DNA of 23,125 bases from positions 5,792,540 through 5,815,664 of the forward strand of contig NW_003526941.1 in NCBI RefSeq assembly GCF_000181795.1. Reading direction: 5' to 3'. Below the pieces are notes generated by a model. The model made no database searches. It was not told the origin of the DNA and saw only the letters and a list, made by a program, of their open reading frames with translations. The DNA comes from Trichinella spiralis. Its lineage: Eukaryota. The position numbers and the translations under genes were made by a program. This document shows, in pieces, positions 9,803 to 21,588 of this stretch. How positions within the stretch are numbered: the first letter of the stretch is position 1; every line of letters begins with the position of its first letter.

Positions 9803-12563
9803 ATTCCTTCACACTTTCAAACAATGCGTTGCAAAAGTGAGCTAAAGTGACAGCACGAACAAAAAGTAATAAACGAATAACACGAAACTGGTATTCAAAA
9901 AGTAGACAGTTGCTTTCATGACAACATATCAATCAACATCAAAATCAGAATCACAAATTTATTTATTTATCCATTCATTTATTTCTGTCTACTCTGCAAG
10001 TGATTATTTCTTCTTCATTACGTTTCGGAAAAGTCATTCGGAATTTCAATAACGCTGGCACTGAAAGCTGAAAAGTTATGCAAACGGTGCGTCTTTACAT
10101 TAGCAAATTCTTCCATCAAATCTTTCACAAACGATAATTTTATTACCATAAAAATATAATTCACACTTTTTCCAACAAACCTACTACATCTCTTCAACTT
10201 CTTGCATCTTTTTCCGTACCAATTGTCTCCAATTCCACAAAATACTGTGTGCTAAACAATATCATAAAAATCCATCAACTCGCCCGTTGTTGATTATTCC
10301 TCCTTCCTTCCTAATTGTTGTCAAAAAGTGTTCTTCAACATTCATTACTCACTGAAATCGGTGACTTCGCGCTCAGCCACTTTGGCCGTTGTCCACCAAG
10401 TGCCATGTGCCATCGTAAAAAACAAAAGTAACTGTTTTCTTATTCATCAAAAAACTGACACAACGGATTTTCACAACATCACTTGTTCACAACATAATTG
10501 ACCATAACGGCAGATACGAAGAGAACCTCAACGAGACGTATTGTCAAGAAAACCAATCAAATTTAAATTAAATTCCTTCGACCTAAACAAAATAACACAA
10601 GCAAGTTCAGAAATCTCACTGATGCTTCATCAACGTACACATTAAATTTCCAATTTTTTCTAAACATTTCCACGCTCAGTCAAGAATACAGTATTTTCTA
10701 ACAACTGTTCAGGTATCATTAACATTTTAATAAATTATCAAATAATTCACATTGTAGCATTGTGTATTTTTATTAATCTAATTTGAAATTTTAAATTTAA
10801 AATCATTTGTAAAAAGAAAATTTTGGAAAAAAACTTTTAAACAGCATGAGCTGTATACTGTAATAAACAAAAGTAAAACAAGTTCAATTTTTTGCTACAA
10901 TTCAAAAAAAGGATATACTATAAAATATTTTCTTTCAGTGGAATTTTAGCTAGTCTAATTGAAAACTGAACAATGAAACTATACAATTATGCAAATTATT
11001 CAAAAGCACTACGGATTTGGGGTTGAATGGAAAACGCATTAAATTGCGAATTGTTCAGCTAGAAATTGTCATTTAAAATTAAAAAAAAGTCCATTGAATT
11101 GGACATCATCGATAAAAAATGCGGTGAAAACTGTGCTGTCAGTGGACGGATCAGCCCCCTGAAAACAGATACAGACTAATCAACTGGTGTTGATTATTTA
11201 TTGTTGGTACAATTTTTGATTCCATTTTCAATAGAAATCAATCCCATTTCAATTCAAATTACAAAGTTTTGCCTATAGCAATAACAATAACGTTTATAAG
11301 GATTATAACCGTGTTGTCCAATTAATAATACAGTTCGACCATTTTAATGTGTTCAATTTCATATTTGTTTGTATATCTTGTGTAGTGCATACGTCAATGT
11401 TTTTTTTATTTCAGTTCAGTGAGCTGAAAATGAAAAAATGAAAAAATAGACAACCGTGTGAAAAACAACCGCAAACTCATAAATTCTATTGTCCAACTTT
11501 TCCACATCTTTCTGAATTATTTCCGAACACTCCGCATTGCCAAAATAGAGAGACAATTATTAAATTGAAATGCTTCAATTTTTGTGCATTTCAAAACTTA
11601 TTCATTTGCTTTATACTGCGCATAACGCCGCAATGATAACAAGAGTTAGCTACTGTGAAAAGAAATTACAAATATCTATACTGCAGTTTAGTGTATTACT
11701 GTAAAATGGACAACAATTCGACTTTTTAAACTTGTTCGTGTAAAATTTGGCTCTTTCGAACTGCTTGTTGTTCATTGGATTGATGAAATGCGATGAAATT
11801 TGGTCGAATGAATGAATCCAGAAAATGAAATGATCGTGCTTAAGAAGAATAAAAATAAACTGAATGCTAGATAGAAATGATAATCAAGTGGAAATGTTTG
11901 AGATGGAAGAAAGACAAGAGAAAAAAAGAATTAAGAAATAAAGAAAGAAAACCATTAGAAAAAAGAGTTGCGTAAAGTGTGCTAGATTCGAAAGATCAAA
12001 TCTCGTTCATGTGACCATTATCATATCGCGTTGATGCGAATTAACAGATTAACCAATTAGATAGCACAATTTTTGCTTAAACTTTAATGAATTATGACAC
12101 GAAAAAAATTAAAATAGTTTACTGAAAATGGGTGTTAAATAACGCGTACACGGACCCCCAGCCGATCGGTCACAAGGACGCAAGCAAGTTGGCAAAAAAC
12201 CTAGATCGATCAAAGAGAAAGGAAAAAGGAAGATGAAAATTTTACACAACATTTTTGAGTTACCTGCTTAAAATCGGTGGCAGTGGAACGGCATCAAATC
12301 AACATCAACCTTAGGGCCAACGGCATCCGGGTCGTCGGTTCACAACAGCGGCAGAAGTAGTTTTCAAAAAACGACTGCCCGCACTTGTCATCCCAGGTCG
12401 ACGAAAATGTCGTCAAAATATGAGTCTTGGATCAATCAAACCATAATTGTGCAAAAAACTTATTTTTAAAAACGACTCCTGAAGTCGAAGCACTCAGTCG
12501 GTGTTCAATTTTGTTCCAAGTTCGAAGTTGTGCAGTCTCGCCACGCTGGTAACGTACGCAGAG

Positions 12564-14081
12564 ATGATGCTGCCGAATAGTTGGATCGTCGTTATTGTCG
12601 TCTTTGTTCAACTCAGTCATCAAACTGATTACCTTTGCCAAGATACAAATAATGCCGATGTCGACTGGTAATCAACTTACTACTAATAATAATAATAAAA
12701 AACAGTTCATTCAATCCGATTTTTCTATTAAAATACTGTAAATCTTATATTGATAATCAAGGTTTATTTCAATAAAAGAAACAATTTCGAACAATAATGT
12801 CAACACTTTGCTCAAATTTTTTAAAAATTCTTTACTATTATTATTATTAATGTTTTTACTTTAGGCTCATTGGGTATAAAATGCCAAAAGTAGATGCACT
12901 GGGTGCACTGTATGCGCAAGGTTTACAACTTTTCACATTGACTTCAAATGCTGCCACTGCTTGGGCCAAGATAGCGAACGCAATCAACGCGAGAGACCAA
13001 CCTCTGGAAACCACCCTACGCCCTTACTATGCTGCCATTAACGATGCAGATACTTTGAAAATTTGGTACGACTCGTCCACAGTTTCCATTCCTGACTGTC
13101 CACTGACCCCTAGCAAAGGTGAAACAAACAGGCTAACAATGAATGAAAGAAAAATTAAAATAATAAATTTCAGGTGTAATAATGGGCAAACAGGGAAACT
13201 ATTTTATGATGCAACACAGCGTCAACGGATTTCCTCTGAAAGACGCTTACAATTGGCCTACAACAGACGATGCAGTCAACAACGCACAAATAGTCATTTG
13301 CATGTCACTCGCTGAAAGTACTTTGAAGCCGATAGGTCAGTAGTGTCGTTTGTAATTTTCTTTCTTCTTTTTTAATATTCGATGATTTCTTTCAGTGGAA
13401 GGCCTTCAATACGAAACTCCGTTAGTTTATCTGAAACATTTGCCGGATGCTTTCAAAGTTGCACCATTCACAGATCTCGTCGACGGTAAGCCTTCGGCAA
13501 AACAGACGACAACAATGTCGACCGTTTTCAAAACCAAGCCAGTCACTCCAGCTGAACAAGGCACATTCACCTTGTACACAATGAAAAGCAAAAGCAAGAG
13601 AAGTAAGTGAACGAAATCGAATGATCGACTGATACAAAATTGAAAAATGATAATAAATTTGCATAATTTTCAGATCTGTTCAGCCAATTACTTGCACCGG
13701 CAATGCAATCATCATTGACATCATGGACGAAAGCAACGGAAGAAAAATACTGCCGAGGTCCATTTTCAATACTTCCGCTTTCTGGAAAAATTGACGTCAC
13801 TTCCGGTGCTGATGTAGTGCCAATTACCAGGGAAAAGGATGGTTCACGTTGGTTGATCACCACTGTGGATACAAAAAATGTCTGGTGCTTCACCAACTCT
13901 GATTTTTCAGTATGAGAAAGCTTCTTCTTATTCTACTTTTTTTTAAAAATTACCACCACTTAACTTGGGTTTTGTTTTCTAGAAAGAACGACTTCCATGT
14001 GGAGCACTTTGCTTGGAAAATGCAAATGTACATGGACTTTTCAAAACTGCTGCTGCAACTGGAACACTCGCCCAATGCTAA
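12564..14081 (+). CDS. Secreted deoxyribonuclease II-family protein with degenerate active site; 6 exons, 353 aa
   Basis: Exons 12564-12667, 12865-13118, 13174-13335, 13396-13602, 13674-13909, 13983-14081 (TAA). Total 1062 nt, open frame, GT-AG. Signal-peptide-like start MMLPNSWIVVIVVFVQLSHQ. DNase II landmarks: C...VDWLIGYKMP, SKGVIM, MMQHSVNGFP, YNWP...AQIVICMS, LQYETPLVY, NLFSQLLAPAMQSSLTSW, DGSRW, WCF, RLPCGALCLEN, terminal Cys. Confidence 0.9.
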
Positions 14082-14213
14082 ACTATCAAAAAGTCCACAA
14101 ATATTATATTCCCATTATTATTATTATTATCATTTATGCATATATATCTTTTTTCTTATAATTTCTTACTCGTTTGTTAATGAATACAGGTGTTGTTCGC
14201 ATTATTATTAATT

Positions 14214-14219
14214 AATAAA
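14214..14219 (+). promoter_or_regulatory. Candidate polyadenylation signal of the DNase II-like gene
   Basis: AATAAA about 130 nt downstream of the TAA stop, followed by T-rich sequence. Chance occurrence is possible in AT-rich DNA. Confidence 0.5.
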
Positions 14220-14840
14220 GCAAAATTTCTTTATGATACGGTTTCTGAATTGACTAAAATCACAATCAATTACTACTGCACAATGATTTAAAAAATGCAT
14301 TTTACATGAGTATTTTTAGAAAACAAAAGACACAAATAATTCCGTGTAAATTACACACATACACACATACCTGTCTGTACATTACACGTTAATTACACGC
14401 ATAAACAAACTGCTTACACTAAACAATTCATTGCAATTGTGATTATACACATGTACTAATAATTTCAATCGAGACAAAAATTATTGGGAAAATTTTCACA
14501 CTTACCACTACATTCATTCGTACGTAAGCCTAAATATTGATCAAAAAACAAAAAGATAAGAATTATTTATTTACTTTAAAACATGACATGCAGCTATGCA
14601 ATGATTTTTTTTAATAAGGATGAATAAAAACAATGATCGAAAACAAAAAGAATAGGGCTGGATGAGTTTTCAAAAGCAAGCCTTATCTTACACGCAAGTA
14701 AAATAATAATAGGAATATCAAGCGTTCAGCGTTTCCTGCGCTCAACGAACATTCAAAATTATCGTACATTAACAATCTGTTTAAAAAATATGTTAAATAA
14801 ATAAATAAATGAATAATTGAATGCTAAACAATAACAACTG

Positions 14841-14871
14841 CAACAACAACAACAACAACAATAATAATAAT
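14841..14871. repeat. Compound (CAA)7(TAA)3 microsatellite in the presumed RapGEF 3' UTR
   Basis: caacaacaacaacaacaacaataataataat. Confidence 0.85.
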
Positions 14872-15006
14872 ACAGTATATTATTATTTTATGTTAATGTT
14901 GTGATTGACATTTCGTCAAGTTGTGTGCAAGTGTGTGTGGTTTATTTTCATGTATATATTTAAAGAGCACCAGCAATGCAAAAAAATGGCAAATAGTACA
15001 ACAATA

Positions 15007-18000
15007 TCATACTCTTGAAACTTGTGTAGCACCTGAAAATAACAAACAATAAGAAGAATAGGATGAAGAAGAAAAAAAAATATTATTACCATTGTTAGTA
15101 TCACTTTGAGATTGGTCAGCAGTTGCTGCTAATCGTCGAGAGCCAATGGTCAATGTAGAAGACAATGGTTGAGATTGTTTCAAAAAAGTTGAACCTGCAA
15201 CACTGCTCGATGCACGATTCTCATGTTGAGGTGCTGTAAATCGAAAATTCTGTTGCGGTTGCTGCTGCTGCTGTTGTTGTTGTTGAGCTTTTTCAAAGCT
15301 ACGAAATGGCTTTGTGGAAACAACAACGCCAGTTGTTGTTGTTGAATAAAGATCGTAATGTGTGGTCGAATTCGACGCCGCTTTCAAAGCTATCGTGTTC
15401 GGTCGTGGAGGATAGGATTGCCGTTGGGATGGAGGTGATGATGAAGAGGACGACGACGCCACACCCACACCGGTGATCATCGACGGTGAATCCAAACTGC
15501 CGTGACCTGAATCAGTACTGTCACACGAAACTGCGTGCGGGATATAGCTGCTGCTGCTACTGGACAATGGCAACAAATCAGACTGATGGCTGCTAATCAC
15601 CGAATCGGTGGAAGATGTTGCTGATGCTAGAAAGAAAAAGTTGTTTTTCAAAAAAAAATTTATTTTTCATAATTTCATTTCATTCCAGTTATTCCTACCT
15701 GAACCATGCAATCGAGATGGCGTGATGGAAGATGTAACGGCACTGCTTTCACAGGTCAAATCGACCGGTACGACGCTCGAAAGTGGTGGTGGTATGGCAA
15801 AAGTGTTCAAATCGTGGTTGTTGAATCGACCGTGGTGCTGCTGCTGTTGGTGTTGGTGAATGTTGGAGCCAAAATACAATAACGAGTGCGCTACGGCGGC
15901 CGTTGCCGGTCGAACAGCTTTCAACGGTACACCAGGTGAAGTCGGAGGACTACCAATACCGATCGTACGAGTGCTGTTCGAAGATGCACGTACCCGCGAA
16001 TGGTCGACCAGTGAAAGCATCTTTTGCACCGCATGCGGGGATTCGACACCAAATTTCGGACCATTGCAACGTCGACTACAATCGGACGAAGTCACCGACA
16101 TCGACGATCCACTGCTCAACGACGGCGACGGTTGGGATCGTTTTCCAGCGCTGGCAACAGTAACCACACCCAAATTGCCAGTACTTGTGCTGTGAGCCCC
16201 GGCACCACCACCACCACCGCTAGTGACAGTCACGGGTTCCAATTCAAGGGACAATTTGTCCAAAACAGATTCGTCACTGATCGGCTCGAATTGGGTTAGA
16301 TAAAATTTCACCCTCCTGACCATCAACGCCTGTTCGTAGAGTTTCTTCCTCGAAAGTGGCACCCTGTGTTGAACGTGCTGCTTTTTCATCGTCGCCACAC
16401 TGCTTCCACCTTCGAATGTATTCATGTGCAACAGTGCATCGTTCAATTGGGCTTGATTGCCGGATCGTTCGAACATTGACGACAATTCCTGAGAAAATTC
16501 ACAATTATTAATTATTAATCACAATTATTAAAAAAATGTAAAATTTACATATGGAGCCGAGGCTAATTTCGTGACGAATCGAATTTCTTTGGCGACCATG
16601 CGCAATTTTTCAAAATTGACCATTCCACCGTCACACCAGGTTGGATTGCATTCGTGCAAAAATGTCAAATCCTTCTTCAACACCGGCAACAGTGGAATCA
16701 CCGGCGGATCGTTGGACGCGTCGGCCAGATGTTGGCGATATTTGGACATGTTGCGCGACGGGTCGAGCAGCGATTGCAAATTGTCCAACATTTTCGTATA
16801 TTTCGAGGAAATTTTGTCCCAAGTGTTGTGCAAACGTCGGACGCAAGGCTTTTCCAAGCCGGATATTATGGCGAACATGCTGTTGAAATTTTTGAAATCA
16901 CGGCAATGATCTGCGTTAAAAAAAGAAGAAGGAGGTGAAAATAAAAACCACTCGGAACAGAAAAAGCAGGATGGACAACAGACAACACTTACTGGCAATT
17001 TTGATGAACTTTTTGACAATTTTGGCACGTCGAATGGAATTGCGTTCTTTGCACACTTCCGTAGCCACCCAGAACGTTTCGCGGTTGACCGACTGCTCAA
17101 AGTCGGCCAGACGTGGCCAACGGGTTGGGGCACCGCCCAATTTGAACAGATTGGCCACATATTCGGCCGGTTCGATAGAAGCGAACGCGGCAAAGTCTTG
17201 CAACGTTAGCTGGGCGGCGACGATGCTAGCGTGCAAGCAGCCGAGCTGGGCTTGGGCGTCTTTCAGCAAATCCGGCGCCAGCTCGTCGGGTACCAGAGGC
17301 AACGGGCAGTTGTTGTTTTTCAAATAATACCGACTGTTCAGTGAAATTCGTTCGGCCAAATTTTGCATCTGGGCCGGCAGACGACGCTGCTTGATCAGTC
17401 CGTCCGCGGTGACGGTCACTTCGCAGAGTGACCACTCGCCTCCGTTGGCAGTGGTGGTGGTGGTGGTGGTGCTGCTGCTGCTGCTGCTGTGAACAGCATC
17501 ATTTCCTACACCACTGTTGCTGTTGTTGTTGCACATGCCGAATTCTTGCAAAGCAAGTTGAACCACATTCTGAGCAGAAGTCTCCTTGTAGACGGACAAA
17601 TATTTGAACGTCTGATCAATGCGGTACACTTTGAGAATGTGCTCCGGATGCTGAGGTCGTACGGGCTCGTAATACTGGCTGATCATCTGCCCAAAGCCGC
17701 CCGGTAGAATCGGCTGATTGGCCGTCGAAGACAAGTCCGGATTGGACCGACTGTGCTTGAGCCGGCGACCGAGCAACGGTACACCGGATGGCATAGATAC
17801 CGACTGGGCGCCGGTCGGTCGTCCCAACGTCGCTCGACGAACCGCTTCGTCAGTGGCGTCGCAGTCGTCCAACGTCTGCCTAATCTTCTGCTTGCTGCAC
17901 TTGCGACCACCGTCGTCAACACGAGATTCATGTCCGTCGACGTGGTCGTTGTCGTCAGCGTCGTCGTCAGCGTCCAACGACAACGCCGAACTGCTGCTCC

Positions 18001-20722
18001 CTTGACGAAGCTTTTTGATCAGCTTGCCCAAACGACTGCCGCTGCCGCCCGACTCTTTGCCAGCGTGGTTCAATCTGGCCAACGTACGGCTGCTAGTAGT
18101 GGTGGTGGTGGTGGTGTTGGTGTTGGCCAAAGCGTGCACCAGTGCCGGCATCACAGCACGTTGGGTTTCCAAATGCAACGAGTGCTTCTGCTGTCTGGGT
18201 GGAGGCCGGAGAGACGGCATCGGCAAACCGTCGACACCGCCCAACTGGTGCAGTTGGACCAACGATCGTCTGGGCTGTACCGGTGACATGCGGCGTCTGG
18301 ACGACCCGTCTTTCGACGTCGCAACAGCCTGCTGGAGAAGAACCGGCGCCAGCAGGGCACCGGCGTCGCACTGGTCCGCCACCAGCATCTCCTTGAATCC
18401 GAGCAAATTGCTCTTCACCACCATCGAGAGGTGTGTACTTCCACGCAGCACTTCCAAAGCTCGATGTCGTGCAATGTTTCGAAAATTGTGCCCGTTCACT
18501 TCGATTATCTGCAAGAAAACGGAAAAAATAATCAAAAAAAATTAACCAACCAACGAAGTGCAAATACAACAACAGAGTAGAAACAGAAAATATTTCCGCC
18601 TCTTTCGGCAAGCTCACTTGTTGAATAATAAATAACATTGATCACAAGGGTAAAAATACCAAAAAAAAGGGGGATTACTCATCGTGAAAGAAAGACATCC
18701 CACGGACTGTATTTTTGTAATCAATTCAAACGGAACAAAGTATGCTGACTAATGAATGAATGAATGAATGAATATGGAATATTTTGTTCACCCTACTTGA
18801 TTAAAATGATGCCGAAAAAAGAAAATTTAAGCCCCATAAAAAGCTGCATTGATCATTGCAGAATTGATCACATTACAAATTTAGAAAACAAACAAATTTG
18901 AAACGATGCGGAAAAAAAATCAAACATGACAGCGACTAGGAAAATACGTGAAAATTCAACAGTGCAAAACAGAAGAAGGAAAAAATATCCAACTTGCATA
19001 ATATATGTATGTTTAAACGATGAATGAATGAAATGATTCATTCAAAGTTCGATGATCACGTATTGATTGATCATGTTTCAAGTGGGAAAAATCAACAAAT
19101 CAACAAATAGCATACCTGATCACCACGTTTGAGACCGACTCGTTCAGCTGCCGAACCTGCGGCTACTTTGACCACATATATGCCGTTGTTTTTCTCGGTT
19201 CCACCAAGAATAGAAAAATGCAATACTTCATCTCTGTTCGATCTCGTATAAGTGACATTTCTGGTACGCGATTTTACACTGCATGCAATGTTCAGCAGTT
19301 GTTGATGATTGAACATAGCCTATGTTGTGGAAAAAAAATAAATGTATTGTGCATAAAATACAACACAAAAGGGAAAGAAAAGATTTTTTTTTTCACCTCA
19401 TCTTCTAGCATTTTGTCAAATTTTTCCAACAAATTTGTCATTTCAGCGTTCGATTCAAAATCACCGAAATGATTGTTCACCCAAAGCAGCACAAGTCTGG
19501 CAACCTGAGCAAAAGGAAAAAAAAATAAATAAAATTTACATATATGAAAATGGAATAATGGACAAACTTTTTCCCTTTTGGACGGTTCGGAAAAGCAGGC
19601 GAGAATCTTTTCGAGCACTTCGGCCGGATTGTCGACAAAAGTGCGATAAGTGAGCAGAAAATCTTCGACAAAATGAGGATCGACAACACAATCGCGACGA
19701 TCTTCGAACAACGCCGATATCAGCTTGCAAGGCTTAGCTTTGGTAAGAACGTAACCAACTCGACTTTCGAAAGCTCTGCAAACAACAAATGACCACCAAA
19801 AACAAACAAATAAATAAATTACCGTTTCTCTTTCTCGCAAACAACTTGACCGGCAGAATCGAGTTGTCTGGTGTAGCTGTCGGATAATTTGGAAATGATC
19901 TGGACATAATCGGCTTGGGCGACTAGAACAAATTGGCAATCGTCGACCAGAGTGCGCATTTCACCTTGGTGAAATTGAACTTGTTCAGTCGGTTGTACGC
20001 CGAAACAATCACCAATATGATATTCGTACCGATGACCATCCGGAAACACAACTTCCACTTCACCATTGATGACAACAGACCTGGAAGTGATGGCGATGAT
20101 CATTAATAATCATAATTTCACATAAATTTTACCATGAATCAAGCTGTTCGCCGTGCTTCATCACAATGGTGCCAGCTTTGTCGACAACCGCAAATACCAT
20201 CTTACGACAAAAGCTCACATTTGACATAAATTGGCAAACTGGCAAAGCTGGACATTTGCTGGACAAAGTCGAGCAAAATGGCAATGTCATCGTCGGTTTC
20301 GTTTCAGTTGGGTAAATTTTTCCAAACATTTCACGAAACCAAATCCCCGCATAATGGCCCAGTAAAACGACGATTTCTGCATACAAAGCAACATCCTTCT
20401 TTCTTTTTCTTTCTTCTTTCTTTCCTCCTCCTCGTCTTTCTTCTTCTAATTCCGCTTCATCGTCATCTTCGTCGTCACTGTCGACACTGATTTCCGGCAA
20501 GCCGGAAAAATCATCGTCGGACATTGTGGTCGACGATGTCGACGGTATGGCAGCGATGGGCTTGAAACCCGAAACTCGACCTCCGGCTGAACTACTGCCA
20601 GAGCTACGGATGGAATTCGACCGTCGAATCATGGCCAGTGTACCACCGTGGCGATGCTGCTGCTGTTGGGACGACGACAAACGTCGATTGGGTAACAAGT
20701 TGGACGGGATTTCAGCCGCGGT
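15007..20722 (-). CDS. pxf-1: Rap guanine nucleotide exchange factor of the PDZ-GEF / RAPGEF2-RAPGEF6 family (cNMP-like, REM, PDZ, RA, CDC25 domains); 5'-partial
   Basis: Exons: gap(20722)-20133 (contains apparent homopolymer indels), 20080-19823, 19775-19568, 19504-19397, 19319-19116, 18508-16993, 16910-16549, 16488-15699, 15626-15090, 15032-15007 (TGA). Motifs: [44 protein letters not shown]...GDCFGV...VDDCQFV (cNMP-like); [15 protein letters not shown] and [14 protein letters not shown] (REM); FSILGG...GLKRGDQIIEVNG (PDZ); [21 protein letters not shown]...IKQRRLP...LNSRYYLK (RA); [64 protein letters not shown] (CDC25); ends QVSRV. Confidence 0.95.
18751..18773. repeat. (AATG)n microsatellite in the RapGEF PDZ-splitting intron
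   Basis: aatgaatgaatgaatgaatgaat. Confidence 0.85.
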
Positions 20723-21044
20723 NNNNNNNNNNNNNNNNNNNNNNNNNNNNNNNNNNNNNNNNNNNNNNNNNNNNNNNNNNNNNNNNNNNNNNNNNNNNNN
20801 NNNNNNNNNNNNNNNNNNNNNNNNNNNNNNNNNNNNNNNNNNNNNNNNNNNNNNNNNNNNNNNNNNNNNNNNNNNNNNNNNNNNNNNNNNNNNNNNNNNN
20901 NNNNNNNNNNNNNNNNNNNNNNNNNNNNNNNNNNNNNNNNNNNNNNNNNNNNNNNNNNNNNNNNNNNNNNNNNNNNNNNNNNNNNNNNNNNNNNNNNNNN
21001 NNNNNNNNNNNNNNNNNNNNNNNNNNNNNNNNNNNNNNNNNNNN
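20723..21044. other. Assembly gap (322 N) interrupting the 5' part of the RapGEF gene
   Basis: Run of N in the sequence. Confidence 1.
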
Positions 21045-21588
21045 CCCATGCATCTTTCCTGATCGGTTTTAGTTTATCAGCTGTAGCAATGCATCTAAAA
21101 TACAGCGGAATTTTTGAAGAGAAAGCATATCTTCGGAAAATTCGCGACAATCAGCGAAAGCGAGAGAACTGCTTTCTGAAAAGTCGTAAATTTTAGGTTG
21201 TTGCAAACGTCATCTCAATTGATCAAATAAATTAAATTAATCATTACAAACCTGATCGCACGTCGTACAAACGCGTATTTGCCGAGATATTGCAAATAAG
21301 TTGTACGATAATGCAATTTTAGTGGGGACGTGAGAGATAGAAACAAAACCTGCGAGCTTGATAATACATCTCATAATTACATTTCATTAGCATTTATACA
21401 AGAATTTGAGCAAATACCCGTGAGCAAAAGTTGCTGATTCCAATTACATTTGTGCCTGAATTTCACTTTTGTAATACAGAAACCCCTTGAAATCTAAATT
21501 TTTATTTACGCAATTTAATTAATTAAATATGATACAGAAATAAGAATAATTCACAATAAAACCTTTTATTTACAGTTCTTATGGAATC

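Noticed and set aside
12140..12420. GC-richer patch upstream of the DNase II-like gene with a partial tRNA A-box-like GGTGGCAGTGG
   Set aside because: No proper B-box or cloverleaf; more likely promoter or 5' UTR sequence.
15608..18638. Many overlapping plus-strand and alternative-frame ORFs (e.g. 17753-18286, 18015-18545, 18093-18638, 15860-16195)
   Set aside because: Shadow ORFs of GC-rich, trinucleotide-rich RapGEF exons, with no independent motifs.
19823..20210. cNMP-binding domain lacking the canonical phosphate-binding-cassette Arg
   Set aside because: This is the normal state for the PDZ-GEF/RAPGEF2-6 family, so it is not novel.
15007..20722. RapGEF as a pseudogene because of frameshifts
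   Set aside because: Disruptions are confined to homopolymers close to an assembly gap; the nine downstream exons are intact with correct phases.
21045..21350. Possible minus-strand exons right of the gap as the RapGEF N-terminus
   Set aside because: Candidate frames show no RapGEF similarity and joined frames hit stops. ORFs spanning the gap are artefacts of translating N.
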